Shown here: positions 47,075-57,464 of the stretch, piece by piece
Layout of the letters: each line of letters begins with the position of its first letter
How positions within the stretch are numbered: position 1 is the stretch's first letter
Assembly: GCA_938021675.1 (NCBI GenBank)
Contig: CALIFY010000012.1
Span: 19,697-83,696 of the forward strand
DNA: 64,000 bases
From: an uncultured Acidimicrobiales bacterium
GTDB taxonomy: Bacteria > Actinomycetota > Acidimicrobiia > Acidimicrobiales > SZUA-35
Direction of reading: 5' to 3'
Notes under the pieces: generated by a model
What the model was told of the DNA's origin: nothing
Databases searched by the model: none
Seen by the model: the letters and a program-made list of their open reading frames with translations, nothing else
Translations under genes and position numbers: made by a program

Positions 47075-48720
47075 TGGTGTTGGCCACCACCGATTCTGGC
47101 GACGTCGTCGTTGGCCAACCGGGCCTGGTAGAGCTCCCGCACATCGACTGGGTGCTGTTGGCGCCGTTTTTGGTGATGGCGTTAGGCGGCATCCTTTTGA
47201 TTACCGCCACGTCGGTCGTTCCGATTCTGCGGAGCCGTGGGTTCCCGGCCGCGTTTACGGTCTTGACCGCAGCCCTTTCCGCCGCGTTTCTCGTACCGGT
47301 CTGGGATCGGATCGATGGCGGGGCACAATCGGTGGCCGGTGGGGCGCTGGCGATAGACGGATTTTCGGTCTTCGTGTGGGGCGTGATCGCCACCTCGGTG
47401 TTTCTTGTTGCCGCATTGCTCGATGCGTATCTCCGCCGAGAAGGATTTGATGGTCCGGAGTGGTACGTCCTGATGCTGATGTCGGCCGCTGGCGGCATGT
47501 TGCTGGCCGCATCGCAGGAGCTCATTCTTTCGTTTCTCGGTCTCGAGATTCTGTCGATTGCGGTCTACGTGCTGGCCGCGCTACACCTCCGCCGGTCGGA
47601 TTCTCAAGAGGCGGCGTTCAAGTACTTCATCTTGGGGGCGTTGTCGTCGGCGCTGTTCCTCTACGGCATCGCGTTGGTTTACGGCGCAACCGGTTCGACG
47701 TCGTTGGCTGGAATCGCCGGCGCACGAGCCGACAACCCGGCGGGGCTCAACCCGCTTGAGAACTCCTCGCTGGTGCTGGTCGGGCTGGCGTTGATCGTCA
47801 TCGGGTTCGCCTTCAAGGTGTCGGCGGTGCCATTCCACATGTGGACCCCGGACGTCTACGAAGGCTCGCCGACGCCGGTTGTTGCATTCATGGCATCGGG
47901 GGTCAAGGTCGCCGGATTCGCCGGAATGGCTCGGGTGCTGTGGCAAGGCTTCGGGTTCTATTGGGAGGATTGGCGGCCGATCGTCATCGTGTTGGCGGGC
48001 CTGAGTTTCGTGGTGGGATCGTTCCTCGCCCTGGCTCAAACGAACGTCAAACGGATGCTGGCTTTTTCCTCGATCAACCACGCTGGCTTCATGCTGGCGG
48101 CCCTTCAGGCCATTCCGTCAGATGAGTTTGTGTCGACCGCTCTGGCCGGCCAAGCCTTGCTCTTCTACCTATTGGCGTACACGGTGATGGTGGTCGGCAC
48201 GTTTGGAGTGATGACCCTGGTCGGGCGTCGCGGCGATGACGCTCATTCGCTCGACGACTACCGCGGTTTGGCCAAACGGCGTCCGGTGCTCGCTGGGTTG
48301 ATGGCGGTGCTGTTGTTCGGACAAGCCGGTATCCCCTTTACCTCTGGGTTCTTTGCCAAGTTCCGGGTGATCGCCGCCACGGTCGAGAGCGGCGCCTACG
48401 TGTTGGCTGGCCTTGCGATGCTGGCGGCGGTTGTGGCCGCGGTGCTCTACTTGCGGATCGTGGTGTCGATGTACCTCACCGGTGAGCCCGTGGTGGCCCA
48501 CGCCGCCACCGATGAGGTCGCGGTCGATGATGACGTGACCGGCCACGGTGAAAGTGACGCCGCCAACCTCGACGATGGCGACGGGCCGATCGTCCTTCCA
48601 AAGGCGGCGATGGCGTCGATCATCATCGCCGCGTTCGTAACCGTCCTTCTCGGCCTGCTGCCCGGATTGCTCGGCGGAGTATTGACCGAGGCCGCTGACG
48701 CGCTGGCCGCTCTGAAGTAG
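47074..48720 (+). CDS. nuoN: NADH-quinone oxidoreductase subunit N
   Basis: EAAFKYFILG, FKVSAVPFHMWTPDVYEG, KRMLAFSSI, GIPFTSGFFAK. Confidence 0.96.
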   Translation: MVLATTDSGDVVVGQPGLVELPHIDWVLLAPFLVMALGGILLITATSVVPILRSRGFPAAFTVLTAALSAAFLVPVWDRIDGGAQSVAGGALAIDGFSVFVWGVIATSVFLVAALLDAYLRREGFDGPEWYVLMLMSAAGGMLLAASQELILSFLGLEILSIAVYVLAALHLRRSDSQEAAFKYFILGALSSALFLYGIALVYGATGSTSLAGIAGARADNPAGLNPLENSSLVLVGLALIVIGFAFKVSAVPFHMWTPDVYEGSPTPVVAFMASGVKVAGFAGMARVLWQGFGFYWEDWRPIVIVLAGLSFVVGSFLALAQTNVKRMLAFSSINHAGFMLAALQAIPSDEFVSTALAGQALLFYLLAYTVMVVGTFGVMTLVGRRGDDAHSLDDYRGLAKRRPVLAGLMAVLLFGQAGIPFTSGFFAKFRVIAATVESGAYVLAGLAMLAAVVAAVLYLRIVVSMYLTGEPVVAHAATDEVAVDDDVTGHGESDAANLDDGDGPIVLPKAAMASIIIAAFVTVLLGLLPGLLGGVLTEAADALAALK

Positions 48721-48723
48721 GTC

Positions 48724-49890
48724 TTAGCCGCCGGAGGCGGCGCTATCGCCGTCGGGGTCAGCGGTGGCGCTGTCGTATGGATCGTCGAGCCACCGGTCGG
48801 GAAGGGCCACCACCTGAGGGCCACGGGTGTGGCCACGGGCCACACGTCGGTTCTCGGAGGGAAGCTCGGCGACCGGCACGGTGGCCAAGAGGTGGTCGAG
48901 CTGCGCCAGATCGTTGATCTGGCCAAGCGCTCCTCTGAGCTCACCACCGACCGGGTAGCCCTTCAGGTACCAGGCGGTGTGTTTGCGGAACTCCCGTATC
49001 CCTTTGTGTTCCCCAAACCAGTCGACGAGCATGCGGGCGTGTTCGGCCATGATCGTCGTGACCTCGTCGGTTGCCGGAGCGTCGGGGACCGGTCGCCCCT
49101 CGAAGGCCGCCGCCAGCTGGCCGAAGAGCCACGGCCGCCCGAGGCAGCCCCGCCCGATCACCACGCCGTCGCAACCGGTCTGCGCCATCATGGCAACGGC
49201 ATCGTTTGCCTCCCAGATGTCGCCGTTGCCAAGCACGGGGATGGTGGCCACCGCCTCTTTAAGTTTGGCGATGGCCGACCAGTCGGCGACGCCGGCGTAG
49301 AGCTGCTCGACGGTTCTCCCGTGGAGGGCCACCGCGGCCACCCCGAGGTCCTCGGCGATTCGCCCCGCGTCCAAGTACGTCTGGTGGTCGTCGTCGATCC
49401 CAATCCGGAACTTGACGGTAACGGGCACAGGGTTGATGCCGGCGGTAGTTGCCGCGGCGACCGCGGCCTGCACGACATCGTGGTAGAGCCGTCGCTTGTA
49501 CGGAAGGGCACCGCCGCCTCCGGACCGGGTTACTTTGCGAACCGGGCAACCGAAGTTCAGGTCGATGTGGTCGACGCGGTCTTGTCCGACCAGTAGCTCG
49601 ACGGCTCGGCCCACATAGTGCGGTTCAACCCCGGCCAGTTGGAGGCTCCGTGGCGTTTCGTCCGGAGCGAAGCTGGCCAGTTTGTCGGTCTTTTCGTTTC
49701 CCTCGCACAGGGCTCGGGCGGAAATCATTTCGCTCACGTACAACCCCGCCCCGTACCGTCGACAAAGCCGGCGGAACGGGGCGTTCGTCACCCCAGCCAT
49801 CGGGGCCAGGACGACGGGCATGTCGACGTCGATCGGACCGATTCGAAGCGGTCGGAGGGCCGGGCTGGCCGTCGTTGCGAACGAGTTCAC
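48724..49890 (-). CDS. dusB: tRNA-dihydrouridine synthase
   Basis: LAPMAGVT, IDLNFGCP, VTVKFR, LHGRT, GNGDI, GRGCLGRPW. Confidence 0.92.
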   Translation of the reverse strand: MNSFATTASPALRPLRIGPIDVDMPVVLAPMAGVTNAPFRRLCRRYGAGLYVSEMISARALCEGNEKTDKLASFAPDETPRSLQLAGVEPHYVGRAVELLVGQDRVDHIDLNFGCPVRKVTRSGGGGALPYKRRLYHDVVQAAVAAATTAGINPVPVTVKFRIGIDDDHQTYLDAGRIAEDLGVAAVALHGRTVEQLYAGVADWSAIAKLKEAVATIPVLGNGDIWEANDAVAMMAQTGCDGVVIGRGCLGRPWLFGQLAAAFEGRPVPDAPATDEVTTIMAEHARMLVDWFGEHKGIREFRKHTAWYLKGYPVGGELRGALGQINDLAQLDHLLATVPVAELPSENRRVARGHTRGPQVVALPDRWLDDPYDSATADPDGDSAASGG

Positions 49891-50017
49891 CCATCCAGCA
49901 TGCCAACAAAGTCTGCTCGTGCCGCCACCGACGATGGTCGGCGTGACATGAGGGCGCCGGGGGTTGCGGCGACGCCTCGACGATGGGGCGTCGCTCCGCA
50001 ACGGTAGGTACGACCCG

Positions 50018-50815
50018 TCAGGGAGTCTCGCCGCTCCGGGTTATCGCCGCCGTACCGAACGGTCCGAAGTCGGCGATTGCTGTTGAGCCGACCGGCAAGG
50101 GGCTGACCTGTGTACAGGTTCCGGTCGTGATGATCTGGCCGGCGGTCAACCCGATACCGCGGGCCGACAGGTGCGTCAGAAGCCAAGCCACGGCATCCAG
50201 CGGGTGCCCGAGCACGTCAGATCCGGTTCCTGCGCCGGTCACCGTCCCATCGACGCTCATCGACACCGCAGCGGTGGTCAAATCGACGTTGCGCCAGTCT
50301 TCGGTGCCCGGACCAACTACGAGATGGGCGTTGGCTCCGGCGTCGGCGATCAACGCCAGGATTGGGATTGCCGGGAACCCGACGATTCGAGGATCGACGA
50401 CCTCGATAGCGGGGTGAAGAGTTGACAGAGCCGCCTCGATTTCCGGCCTGGTATATGGCTCGGACCGGGCTGGGAGATCGGCTCCGACGGTAAAGGCGAA
50501 CTCGCCTTCCAGCATCGGTTGGTGAACGTCGGCCGGGCCGAGGACGACTGGTTCAGCGGTGGTGCCGGATTGGATCGGACGGTAGATACGACCGCTAAAC
50601 GGCCCGTCGGTGCCGAGCAATTCTTGGGCCCGTGGAGAGGTGCAACCAATCTTCCATCCGTTGACCGTCCAACCGCTGAGGCTGGCTACTCGATCGGCGA
50701 GCTCGAGTGCCTCGGCGGTCGACGAGAGGGCGGGTTCGATGGCATCGATCCGAGTGTGTTGTTGACGGGCCGAGATCAGCGACTCGGCCATGGAGGCCAA
50801 CGGTGTAGAGTCCAT
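50018..50815 (-). CDS. 2-keto-4-pentenoate hydratase (FAH superfamily)
   Basis: GWKIGCTS, EGEFAF, PAIEVVD, GHPLDAVAWL, GQIITTG. Confidence 0.85.
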   Translation of the reverse strand: MDSTPLASMAESLISARQQHTRIDAIEPALSSTAEALELADRVASLSGWTVNGWKIGCTSPRAQELLGTDGPFSGRIYRPIQSGTTAEPVVLGPADVHQPMLEGEFAFTVGADLPARSEPYTRPEIEAALSTLHPAIEVVDPRIVGFPAIPILALIADAGANAHLVVGPGTEDWRNVDLTTAAVSMSVDGTVTGAGTGSDVLGHPLDAVAWLLTHLSARGIGLTAGQIITTGTCTQVSPLPVGSTAIADFGPFGTAAITRSGETP

Positions 50816-50994
50816 GTTCGGACCGTAGCGGTTTCCCACAGGAGACACATAGCCGGGTTGGCTAGGGTAGGGAGCTTGCCCATGGTGTATACAGAGTCAG
50901 GTCTTCGGCCGCTGACGCCAGCGAGGCGACGCAGCTGACAAGCTGGCGACACCGGCATTGCATCCATTGCTTGGCTGGATGGGGAAGGCGAGAG

Positions 50995-51984
50995 ATGACC
51001 GAATTTCTTTGCAACGGAGCACGGCGCGGTCGGCCAGTCGGTGGGTTGGCGTTTTGGGTCGTGATCGTCGCTGGTTTGTTGTCGGCGTCTTGTGTGGATC
51101 CCACCGAAGAGCAGGAGTTGAGCGATTCGTCGTCTTCAACCGAGGCCGATGTGTTCAGCGGCGACACGATTACGGTCCCTCCCGATGGCAGTACCGAGCT
51201 GCCCTCTGAGGATCAGGCCCCCACCGAGAACACGGCGGCGGAGGCTGGTAACGAGGCGGACATGCTGGCTGTTACCTTTCAGCGCCCAAACACCTCCGAA
51301 ATGTGGTTGGTCTCATCCACCGGAGAGCGATTGTTGGGGACCGTGGTCAACGAATTGGGTGAGAAGGTCATCCTGACCGACGTGGCCGTGACCCCAAACG
51401 GTGATATTTACGCCATCGATTTCTTGCGCTTCTACCGTATTGACGAAGTCGACGGCGGGTCGTTCGAGGCGGTCGAACTGGCGCGTCATGGGCTCCGGAC
51501 ACCGACTAGCCTGGGATCTACTGACGACGGGGAGCTTCTGGTCGCCGGTGTCGATGGTTTGTTTAGCTTGGATCCGACCTCGGACACGCCCGTTCTCCTT
51601 GTCTCGTTCGCCGATCCCAGCGCCGGACGTCAGGTGCTGCCGAGCGGTGACTTGGCCGTTGATGCTGATGGACGAGTGCTCGTCGCCTTGGTTGAAGAAT
51701 CACCGGAAGGCGAATATGAGACCGCCCCCAACCTGTTGGCTCAGTTGGACGATGTGAACGCCACGGTGACGATTCTGTTCGATGAACTCCCGACTACGCT
51801 CTACGGGTTGACGGTGGTCGCCGATGGTCTGTTTGCCTTTCGGAACGACTCAGAAAACACTGACTGCCCGGGCGAGCTGTTTACCATCGACCCAATCACC
51901 GGAACCGTCGAGCTGGTTCGTTGCCTCCCCTTTGCCCCGGGCGGTGCAGCGCCGGCACCCTCCGCGCTCGGCCGGGTCGGGTAA
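50995..51984 (+). CDS. Putative lipoprotein with beta-propeller-like repeats
   Basis: Lipobox LSASC, acidic linker, repeats TDVAVTPNGDIYAI / SGDLAVDADG / LFTIDPITG. Confidence 0.65.
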   Translation: MTEFLCNGARRGRPVGGLAFWVVIVAGLLSASCVDPTEEQELSDSSSSTEADVFSGDTITVPPDGSTELPSEDQAPTENTAAEAGNEADMLAVTFQRPNTSEMWLVSSTGERLLGTVVNELGEKVILTDVAVTPNGDIYAIDFLRFYRIDEVDGGSFEAVELARHGLRTPTSLGSTDDGELLVAGVDGLFSLDPTSDTPVLLVSFADPSAGRQVLPSGDLAVDADGRVLVALVEESPEGEYETAPNLLAQLDDVNATVTILFDELPTTLYGLTVVADGLFAFRNDSENTDCPGELFTIDPITGTVELVRCLPFAPGGAAPAPSALGRVG

Positions 51985-52085
51985 ACCCGTTTCGTCTCAC
52001 CTCCGGATGTGCCCGGAAGGCGATGAACCGTTCGACCTCGGGTGACGAAAGGACAACGCCGCCCGGTTCGACCTAGGGTTTCGCT

Positions 52086-52958
52086 ATGACCGTTGCCCTC
52101 ATAACCGGTGCGAATTCGGGAATTGGTCGCGGTGCAGCCGTGGATCTTGCAAGCCGCGGCTGGACTGTCTACGGATCGATGCGCAGTCTCGAAAAAGGAG
52201 ACGGATTGGCAGCGATGGCCGCAGCGGCCGGTGTCGACGTGTCACCAGTGGTGTGTGACGTCACCGATACCGACTCGGTCAACCGAGCTGTGGCCGAGGT
52301 GACCGACGCCGAAGGCGGAATCGATGTGCTGATCAACAACGCCGGCGTCGGCGGGAACGGGGTGGCCGAGGAGACACCGATCGAGGTGTACAACGAGGTT
52401 ATGGACGTCAACCTCAATGGTGTGATCCGTGGGGTTCGGGCCGTACTACCTCAGATGCGGGAGCGGGGCGGCGGGTGCATCATCAACGTCTCTTCGGTGG
52501 CCGGTGTTGTGGCCGCCATCGGTCAGTCACCGTACGTCGCGTCCAAGTGGGCGCTCGAAGGGCTGTCTGAAGGATTGGCCCAGGAGGTTGCGCCGTTCGG
52601 CATCCGGGTGGCGATCATCGAACCGGGCATCGTCAAGACAGCCATCATGGCTAAGAACACCGAGGCCCCTAACCACAGTGGCGCATACGATGCGGCGTAT
52701 CGGCGGATGTTCGCTTTCTACGGGGCCGGCCTTCAAACCCCGGGCGACCCAACCGAAGTCTCTGATGTCATCTATGAAGCGGTGACCACCGACGAACCGA
52801 GGTTGCGGTGGACCTGTGGTTGGGGTGGCGTGGAACTCACGACAAACCGTCCAAAGTTGTCGGACGAAGAGTGGGTGGCGATGGGGGCGATAGCTGATGA
52901 TGCGGCGTACCAGGCCCGGTTCTCGGAGGTCTTCGATCTCGATGTGACCGGACCGTGA
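52086..52958 (+). CDS. Short-chain dehydrogenase/reductase (SDR)
   Basis: TGANSGIG, NNAG, YVASK. Confidence 0.92.
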   Translation: MTVALITGANSGIGRGAAVDLASRGWTVYGSMRSLEKGDGLAAMAAAAGVDVSPVVCDVTDTDSVNRAVAEVTDAEGGIDVLINNAGVGGNGVAEETPIEVYNEVMDVNLNGVIRGVRAVLPQMRERGGGCIINVSSVAGVVAAIGQSPYVASKWALEGLSEGLAQEVAPFGIRVAIIEPGIVKTAIMAKNTEAPNHSGAYDAAYRRMFAFYGAGLQTPGDPTEVSDVIYEAVTTDEPRLRWTCGWGGVELTTNRPKLSDEEWVAMGAIADDAAYQARFSEVFDLDVTGP

Positions 52959-53006
52959 TCGGTGGCGCAGCTGCCGTCGATTACTCGGGCGTCGATACCC
53001 GTCGAC

Positions 53007-54374
53007 CTAGGGTCGCTCGGTTGATGACCGGGCTTGAAGTTCGGGTCGTTGGTCTGGTTCGATGATTAGCCGGCTCGCTCGATCGTACGTCGCGTAGTTC
53101 CAGGCCCAGTTGACCAGAACGTTTGCCCGGTTCCGAAACCCGATCAACATGATGAGGTGGAGCCCGAGCCAAGCGACCCAACCGGCGAAGCCAGTTACCT
53201 TCAACCCGCCAGGAACCTCGACGACCGCGGCGTTGCGTCCGATGGTGGCCATGGATCCTTTATCGCGATACCGGAATGGCTTGACGGTTGATTCGATTTC
53301 GCCGGAATCGGCCCAGTTCGCGATCGTCGCTGCCACATACCGGCCGGCCTGAATGGCCCCAGGGGCAACTTGGGGGACGACGGCATCTGGGTCGTTCGAA
53401 CGCCGGGCCGAGGCGAGGTCGCCGATGACGCTGACTTCGGGTCGACCGGGAACTCGAAGCCGGTCGTCGACGATGACCCGGCCAACGGAATCTGTCTCAA
53501 GTCCGATCGCGTCGGCCAAGGGGTGAGCGCGTACCCCAGCCGCCCAGACGACGGTGTTGGTGGCAATCTCGTCACCGTCGGACAGTCGCACCCAGTCGGC
53601 TGTTACCTCGGCTACCTGCGTTGATAGGCGGACCTCGACCCCCATTCGCTCCAGCTCTCGGAGGGCTCGGTCGGCCAGCCGAGGAGCGAATGTCGCCAGA
53701 AGACGATCTTGTCCCTCGACGAGCACCACGCGGGTCCGGTCGATTCCGATTCCGGGAAAGTCACGGCGCAGCGGCCGATTGAACAGTTCCAAGAAGCCGC
53801 CAGCCATCTCGACCCCGGTCGGCCCGCCCCCGACGATGACGATCGTCGTCGCCGCGTCGGACGATGTGCGATCGCTGTGACGGTTTGGTTCTCGCTGGGG
53901 GTCGGATTGCATGGCCCGTTCCGCTCGTTCGAACAATCGGAGCACGTGGCTTCGAATGGCCGTAGCCTCGGCCGCCGACTTGAGGCCGAAGGCGTGCTCG
54001 GCCACTCCGGGCACACCGAAGTCTGCGGTGATTGCGCCCAGGGCCAGTATCAGCCGGTCATAGGGGAGTGGAGGTCCATCGTCGGTGCGAACCAGCTGCC
54101 GGTCGAGGTCGACGTCGGTGACCCGGGCTTGGAGCGCCCTGGCGTTTTCCTGCCGGTGGAAGATGCCGCGCGTGGCGTAACAGATGTCGTCGGCATCGAG
54201 TCCGGCGGTCGCCACCTGGTAGAGCAGCGGTTGGAATGTGTGGTGGTTTCGTTGGTCAACCACCGTTACATCGACCGCAGCGTCAGCGAGTCCTCGGGCT
54301 GCGGCCAGACCACCAAAACCGGCGCCAACGACGAGCACTCGCGGCTTTTGATCCACAGTTTGACGGTACCCCAC
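53007..54374 (-). CDS. ndh: Type II NADH:quinone oxidoreductase (NDH-2)
   Basis: GAGFGG, HTFQPLLYQVATA, GGGPTGVE, WAAGV, YRDKGSMATIGR, IGFRNR. Confidence 0.92.
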   Translation of the reverse strand: MGYRQTVDQKPRVLVVGAGFGGLAAARGLADAAVDVTVVDQRNHHTFQPLLYQVATAGLDADDICYATRGIFHRQENARALQARVTDVDLDRQLVRTDDGPPLPYDRLILALGAITADFGVPGVAEHAFGLKSAAEATAIRSHVLRLFERAERAMQSDPQREPNRHSDRTSSDAATTIVIVGGGPTGVEMAGGFLELFNRPLRRDFPGIGIDRTRVVLVEGQDRLLATFAPRLADRALRELERMGVEVRLSTQVAEVTADWVRLSDGDEIATNTVVWAAGVRAHPLADAIGLETDSVGRVIVDDRLRVPGRPEVSVIGDLASARRSNDPDAVVPQVAPGAIQAGRYVAATIANWADSGEIESTVKPFRYRDKGSMATIGRNAAVVEVPGGLKVTGFAGWVAWLGLHLIMLIGFRNRANVLVNWAWNYATYDRASRLIIEPDQRPELQARSSTERP

Positions 54375-54680
54375 CAGGCCGATCGATCGGCCGATATTCG
54401 CGGTGACCGGTGTCGCTCAGCCAATCGTCGGATGGCGAGCCGCCGGGGGCGGTAGCGGTTCCCTCGCCCGGAGGCCGAGCCCGCCTGGAGGCACGGTCAA
54501 TCGTCACGTTGTGGCGCTCTTGGTCGAGAAGTGGTTGCCGGTAATCGTCAGATCGACGGTTCGAGAACCCGCCTGGGGCCGACCGAGCCGAAACCAGCTA
54601 GAAAAAGGCGAAAACTCAACGCAAACGTCACACGCTTGGATCTTGGTCGAAGCCGGCCCATCCGGGTAGAGTCGTCGGTC

Positions 54681-55046
54681 GTGTCGGACTTCCTTCGCGA
54701 GTATTTCTTAGTGCTGCTGTTCGGCTTGCTGGCGGTAGGTGTTGTCGGGTCGTTTATTGGGCTCGCTTCGCTCCTACGGCCAGATCGGCCTACCCCGGGC
54801 AAGACGTTGGCCTACGAGAGTGGTGTCGATCCTGTCGGGGAGGGTTGGTCGCAGAGCCAGATTCGCTACTACATCTACGCGTTGCTGTTTGTCATGTTCG
54901 ATGTCGAAGCCGTGTTCATTTTTCCTTGGGCGACGCGCCTGGAGGAATACGGCTATTTTGGCCTCGTCGAGATGGTCATCTTCATCTTCATTCTCGCTCT
55001 CGGGTTGGTCTACGCCTGGCGGAAGGGTGTGCTCCGATGGGCTTAG
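54681..55046 (+). CDS. nuoA: Second complex I, subunit A
   Basis: [26 protein letters not shown]; start set at GTG 54681. Confidence 0.93.
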   Translation: MSDFLREYFLVLLFGLLAVGVVGSFIGLASLLRPDRPTPGKTLAYESGVDPVGEGWSQSQIRYYIYALLFVMFDVEAVFIFPWATRLEEYGYFGLVEMVIFIFILALGLVYAWRKGVLRWA

Positions 55047-55537
55047 TCGAATCGGGCAAGGTACCAAAGGGGCTGACAAAGCTCCTCAATATGAGCCGCA
55101 AGTATTCCCTCTGGATGTATCAGTGGGGTTTGGCGTGCTGCGCGATCGAGATGGGGGCCGCCATCGGCTCGCCTCGCTACGACGCTATGCGGCTGGGGGT
55201 TATCCCTCTGCCGGCAAGCCCTCGTCAGTCCGATCTGTTGATCGTTGCCGGCACGGTGTGCGATAAGACCGCACCGGTCGTTCGTCGGCTATACGAACAG
55301 ATGCCAGAACCGAAGTACGTCATCTCTATGGGTTCGTGCGCCAACTGCGGTGGCCCGTACTGGGATAGCTATTCGGTAACCAAAGGCGTCGATCAAATCA
55401 TCCCGGTCGATGTCTATGTTCCTGGGTGTCCGCCTCGTCCCGAGGCCTTGCTGGAAGGGATCGTCCTGCTGCAAGAGTTGATCCAGAACGAGGACATGGC
55501 CGAAAAGTGGAAGGGAGATCCCCTTGCCATCAGCTGA
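55037..55537 (+). CDS. nuoB: Second complex I, subunit B
   Basis: [32 protein letters not shown]. Confidence 0.95.
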   Translation: MGLVESGKVPKGLTKLLNMSRKYSLWMYQWGLACCAIEMGAAIGSPRYDAMRLGVIPLPASPRQSDLLIVAGTVCDKTAPVVRRLYEQMPEPKYVISMGSCANCGGPYWDSYSVTKGVDQIIPVDVYVPGCPPRPEALLEGIVLLQELIQNEDMAEKWKGDPLAIS

Positions 55538-56276
55538 CGCCGAAGCAACCGAGGAAACCCCGGTCGATCAGGCCCGAGATTCGCTACTCGACGCGTTGAG
55601 TGCCGAACTTGGCGATGCCCTGGTGGCCAGCCACCGGGTACCAGGCCGCGATCTCTGGATCCGGCTCGACACAGCGGCATGGGGCGACGCAGCCGACTAC
55701 CTGCGGAACCGACAGCGGTTTCGTTTCTTCGAGTGGCTTTCAGCCATCGATTGGCTTCCGTCTCCGTTTGGTCGAAGCCATGGCGCGGTGGTGGATGAGG
55801 TCGACACCGACGACACCGGCGACGGCGATGACGCCGAGGCGGCAGGTCCGGTTACCGGTGCGAATGGATTCACCGGCGGCGATACCCGGTTTCAGGTCTT
55901 CGCTCGGGTATACAGCCTCACGACCGGCATCGGTCTTACCGTAAAAGCCGATCTCGGCGACGATCTCACCGTGGGGACGTGGACCGGCTCATACCCTGGC
56001 GCCGATTGGCACGAGCGAGAGGCGAACGAGATGTTCGGCATTACTTTTGCCGGGCATCCGGGATTGCGGAACCTCTATTTGCCAACCGATTTCGAAGGCC
56101 ACCCGATGCGCAAGGATTACCCCTTGATGGCTCGCTTGGTGAAGCCGTGGCCAGGCATCGTCGACGTCGAGCCCATGCCCGAGGCCGAGGAGGGCGAACC
56201 GACAACCGGCTCGCCGGATCCGACGGCGCCCCCAGACGTCAAAGGCGTCGGAACCGAAGGGCCAGGTGGCTCGTGA
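55524..56276 (+). CDS. nuoC: Second complex I, subunit C
   Basis: [26 protein letters not shown]. Confidence 0.92.
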   Translation: MPSADAEATEETPVDQARDSLLDALSAELGDALVASHRVPGRDLWIRLDTAAWGDAADYLRNRQRFRFFEWLSAIDWLPSPFGRSHGAVVDEVDTDDTGDGDDAEAAGPVTGANGFTGGDTRFQVFARVYSLTTGIGLTVKADLGDDLTVGTWTGSYPGADWHEREANEMFGITFAGHPGLRNLYLPTDFEGHPMRKDYPLMARLVKPWPGIVDVEPMPEAEEGEPTTGSPDPTAPPDVKGVGTEGPGGS

Positions 56277-57457
56277 CCGATCTCGCTGATCGTCGTCAGA
56301 TGGCGTACATAGCGGCCCAGGCCGCCGACGCTCGGGTAAACGTTGAGCTTGAAGCTGAGGGCATGAACCTCAACATCGGGCCCCAGCACCCGGCGACCCA
56401 TGGCACCCTTCGGATCGTTGTCCAACTGGACGGCGAGCAGGTGATAGCGGCCGACCCGATGATGGGGTACATGCACCGCGGCTACGAAAAGCTGTCCGAG
56501 GTGCGGACCTACCCTCAGGTCACCACGCTGATCAACCGCATCGACTGGCTCGGAAGCTTCGCAAACGAGGTGCCGTTCATCCTCGGTGCCGAACAGCTGA
56601 TGGAGATCGAAGCGCCACCGCGTGCTCGTTGGATCCGCACCGTCCTGTTCGAATTGGCCCGTATCGCGAACCTCACGTTGTTTCTGGGAGACATGGGAGT
56701 GCAGCTCGGGGCGGTAACCCCGGTGTTCTACGCCTTCCGTGACCGCGAGTACATCGTCAACCAGATCGAGGCGGTGACCGGCGGTCGGTTCCACCCGAAC
56801 TTCGATCGAATCGGTGGTCTAAAAGACGACCTTCCGGCCGGGTGGATCGCCGACACCAAAGTGGCTCTCGGCGAGATACGCGACTTCTGCGACCAGATGG
56901 AAGATCTGCTGGTCGGCAACGAAATTTTCGAGGCCCGAACCCGGGGCATCGGGGTCATCCCCGCCGACGTCGGGCTGTCCTATGGACTGTCCGGGGCCAA
57001 CATTCGGGGTTCCGGTGTCGACTGGGACCTTCGCCGAGATTCCCCGGTCGGGCAAGGCCAGGGACTGGCCTACAACGAGGTCGACTGGAAGGTCTGGACC
57101 CACCCCGACGGCGATTCCTTCGCCCGGTACTGGGTGCGACTCCAGGAGGTCCGAGAGTCGTGCCGGATCGTTGAGCAACTGCTCGATGGTTTGCCGTCCG
57201 GACCGATCATGGCCAAGGTCCCTCGTATCATTAAGGTGCCCGCCGGTGAGGCCTATGTGGCCACCGAGAACCCGCTCGGGGTGATGGGCTACTACATCAT
57301 CTCCCAGGGAGGCCTTGAGCCGTTCCGGGTCAAGATCCGGTCGGCCAGCTTCTCGAATATGTCGATTACCCCTTGGTTGCTCAAGGGAGCATATGTGCCG
57401 GACGTGATCACGATCCTGGCTTCGTTGTATTTCATCCTGGGAGATATCGATCGGTGA
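56273..57457 (+). CDS. nuoD: Second complex I, subunit D
   Basis: [33 protein letters not shown]; GTGA overlap with nuoC. Confidence 0.95.
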   Translation: MTDLADRRQMAYIAAQAADARVNVELEAEGMNLNIGPQHPATHGTLRIVVQLDGEQVIAADPMMGYMHRGYEKLSEVRTYPQVTTLINRIDWLGSFANEVPFILGAEQLMEIEAPPRARWIRTVLFELARIANLTLFLGDMGVQLGAVTPVFYAFRDREYIVNQIEAVTGGRFHPNFDRIGGLKDDLPAGWIADTKVALGEIRDFCDQMEDLLVGNEIFEARTRGIGVIPADVGLSYGLSGANIRGSGVDWDLRRDSPVGQGQGLAYNEVDWKVWTHPDGDSFARYWVRLQEVRESCRIVEQLLDGLPSGPIMAKVPRIIKVPAGEAYVATENPLGVMGYYIISQGGLEPFRVKIRSASFSNMSITPWLLKGAYVPDVITILASLYFILGDIDR

Positions 57458-57464
57458 GGATTCG

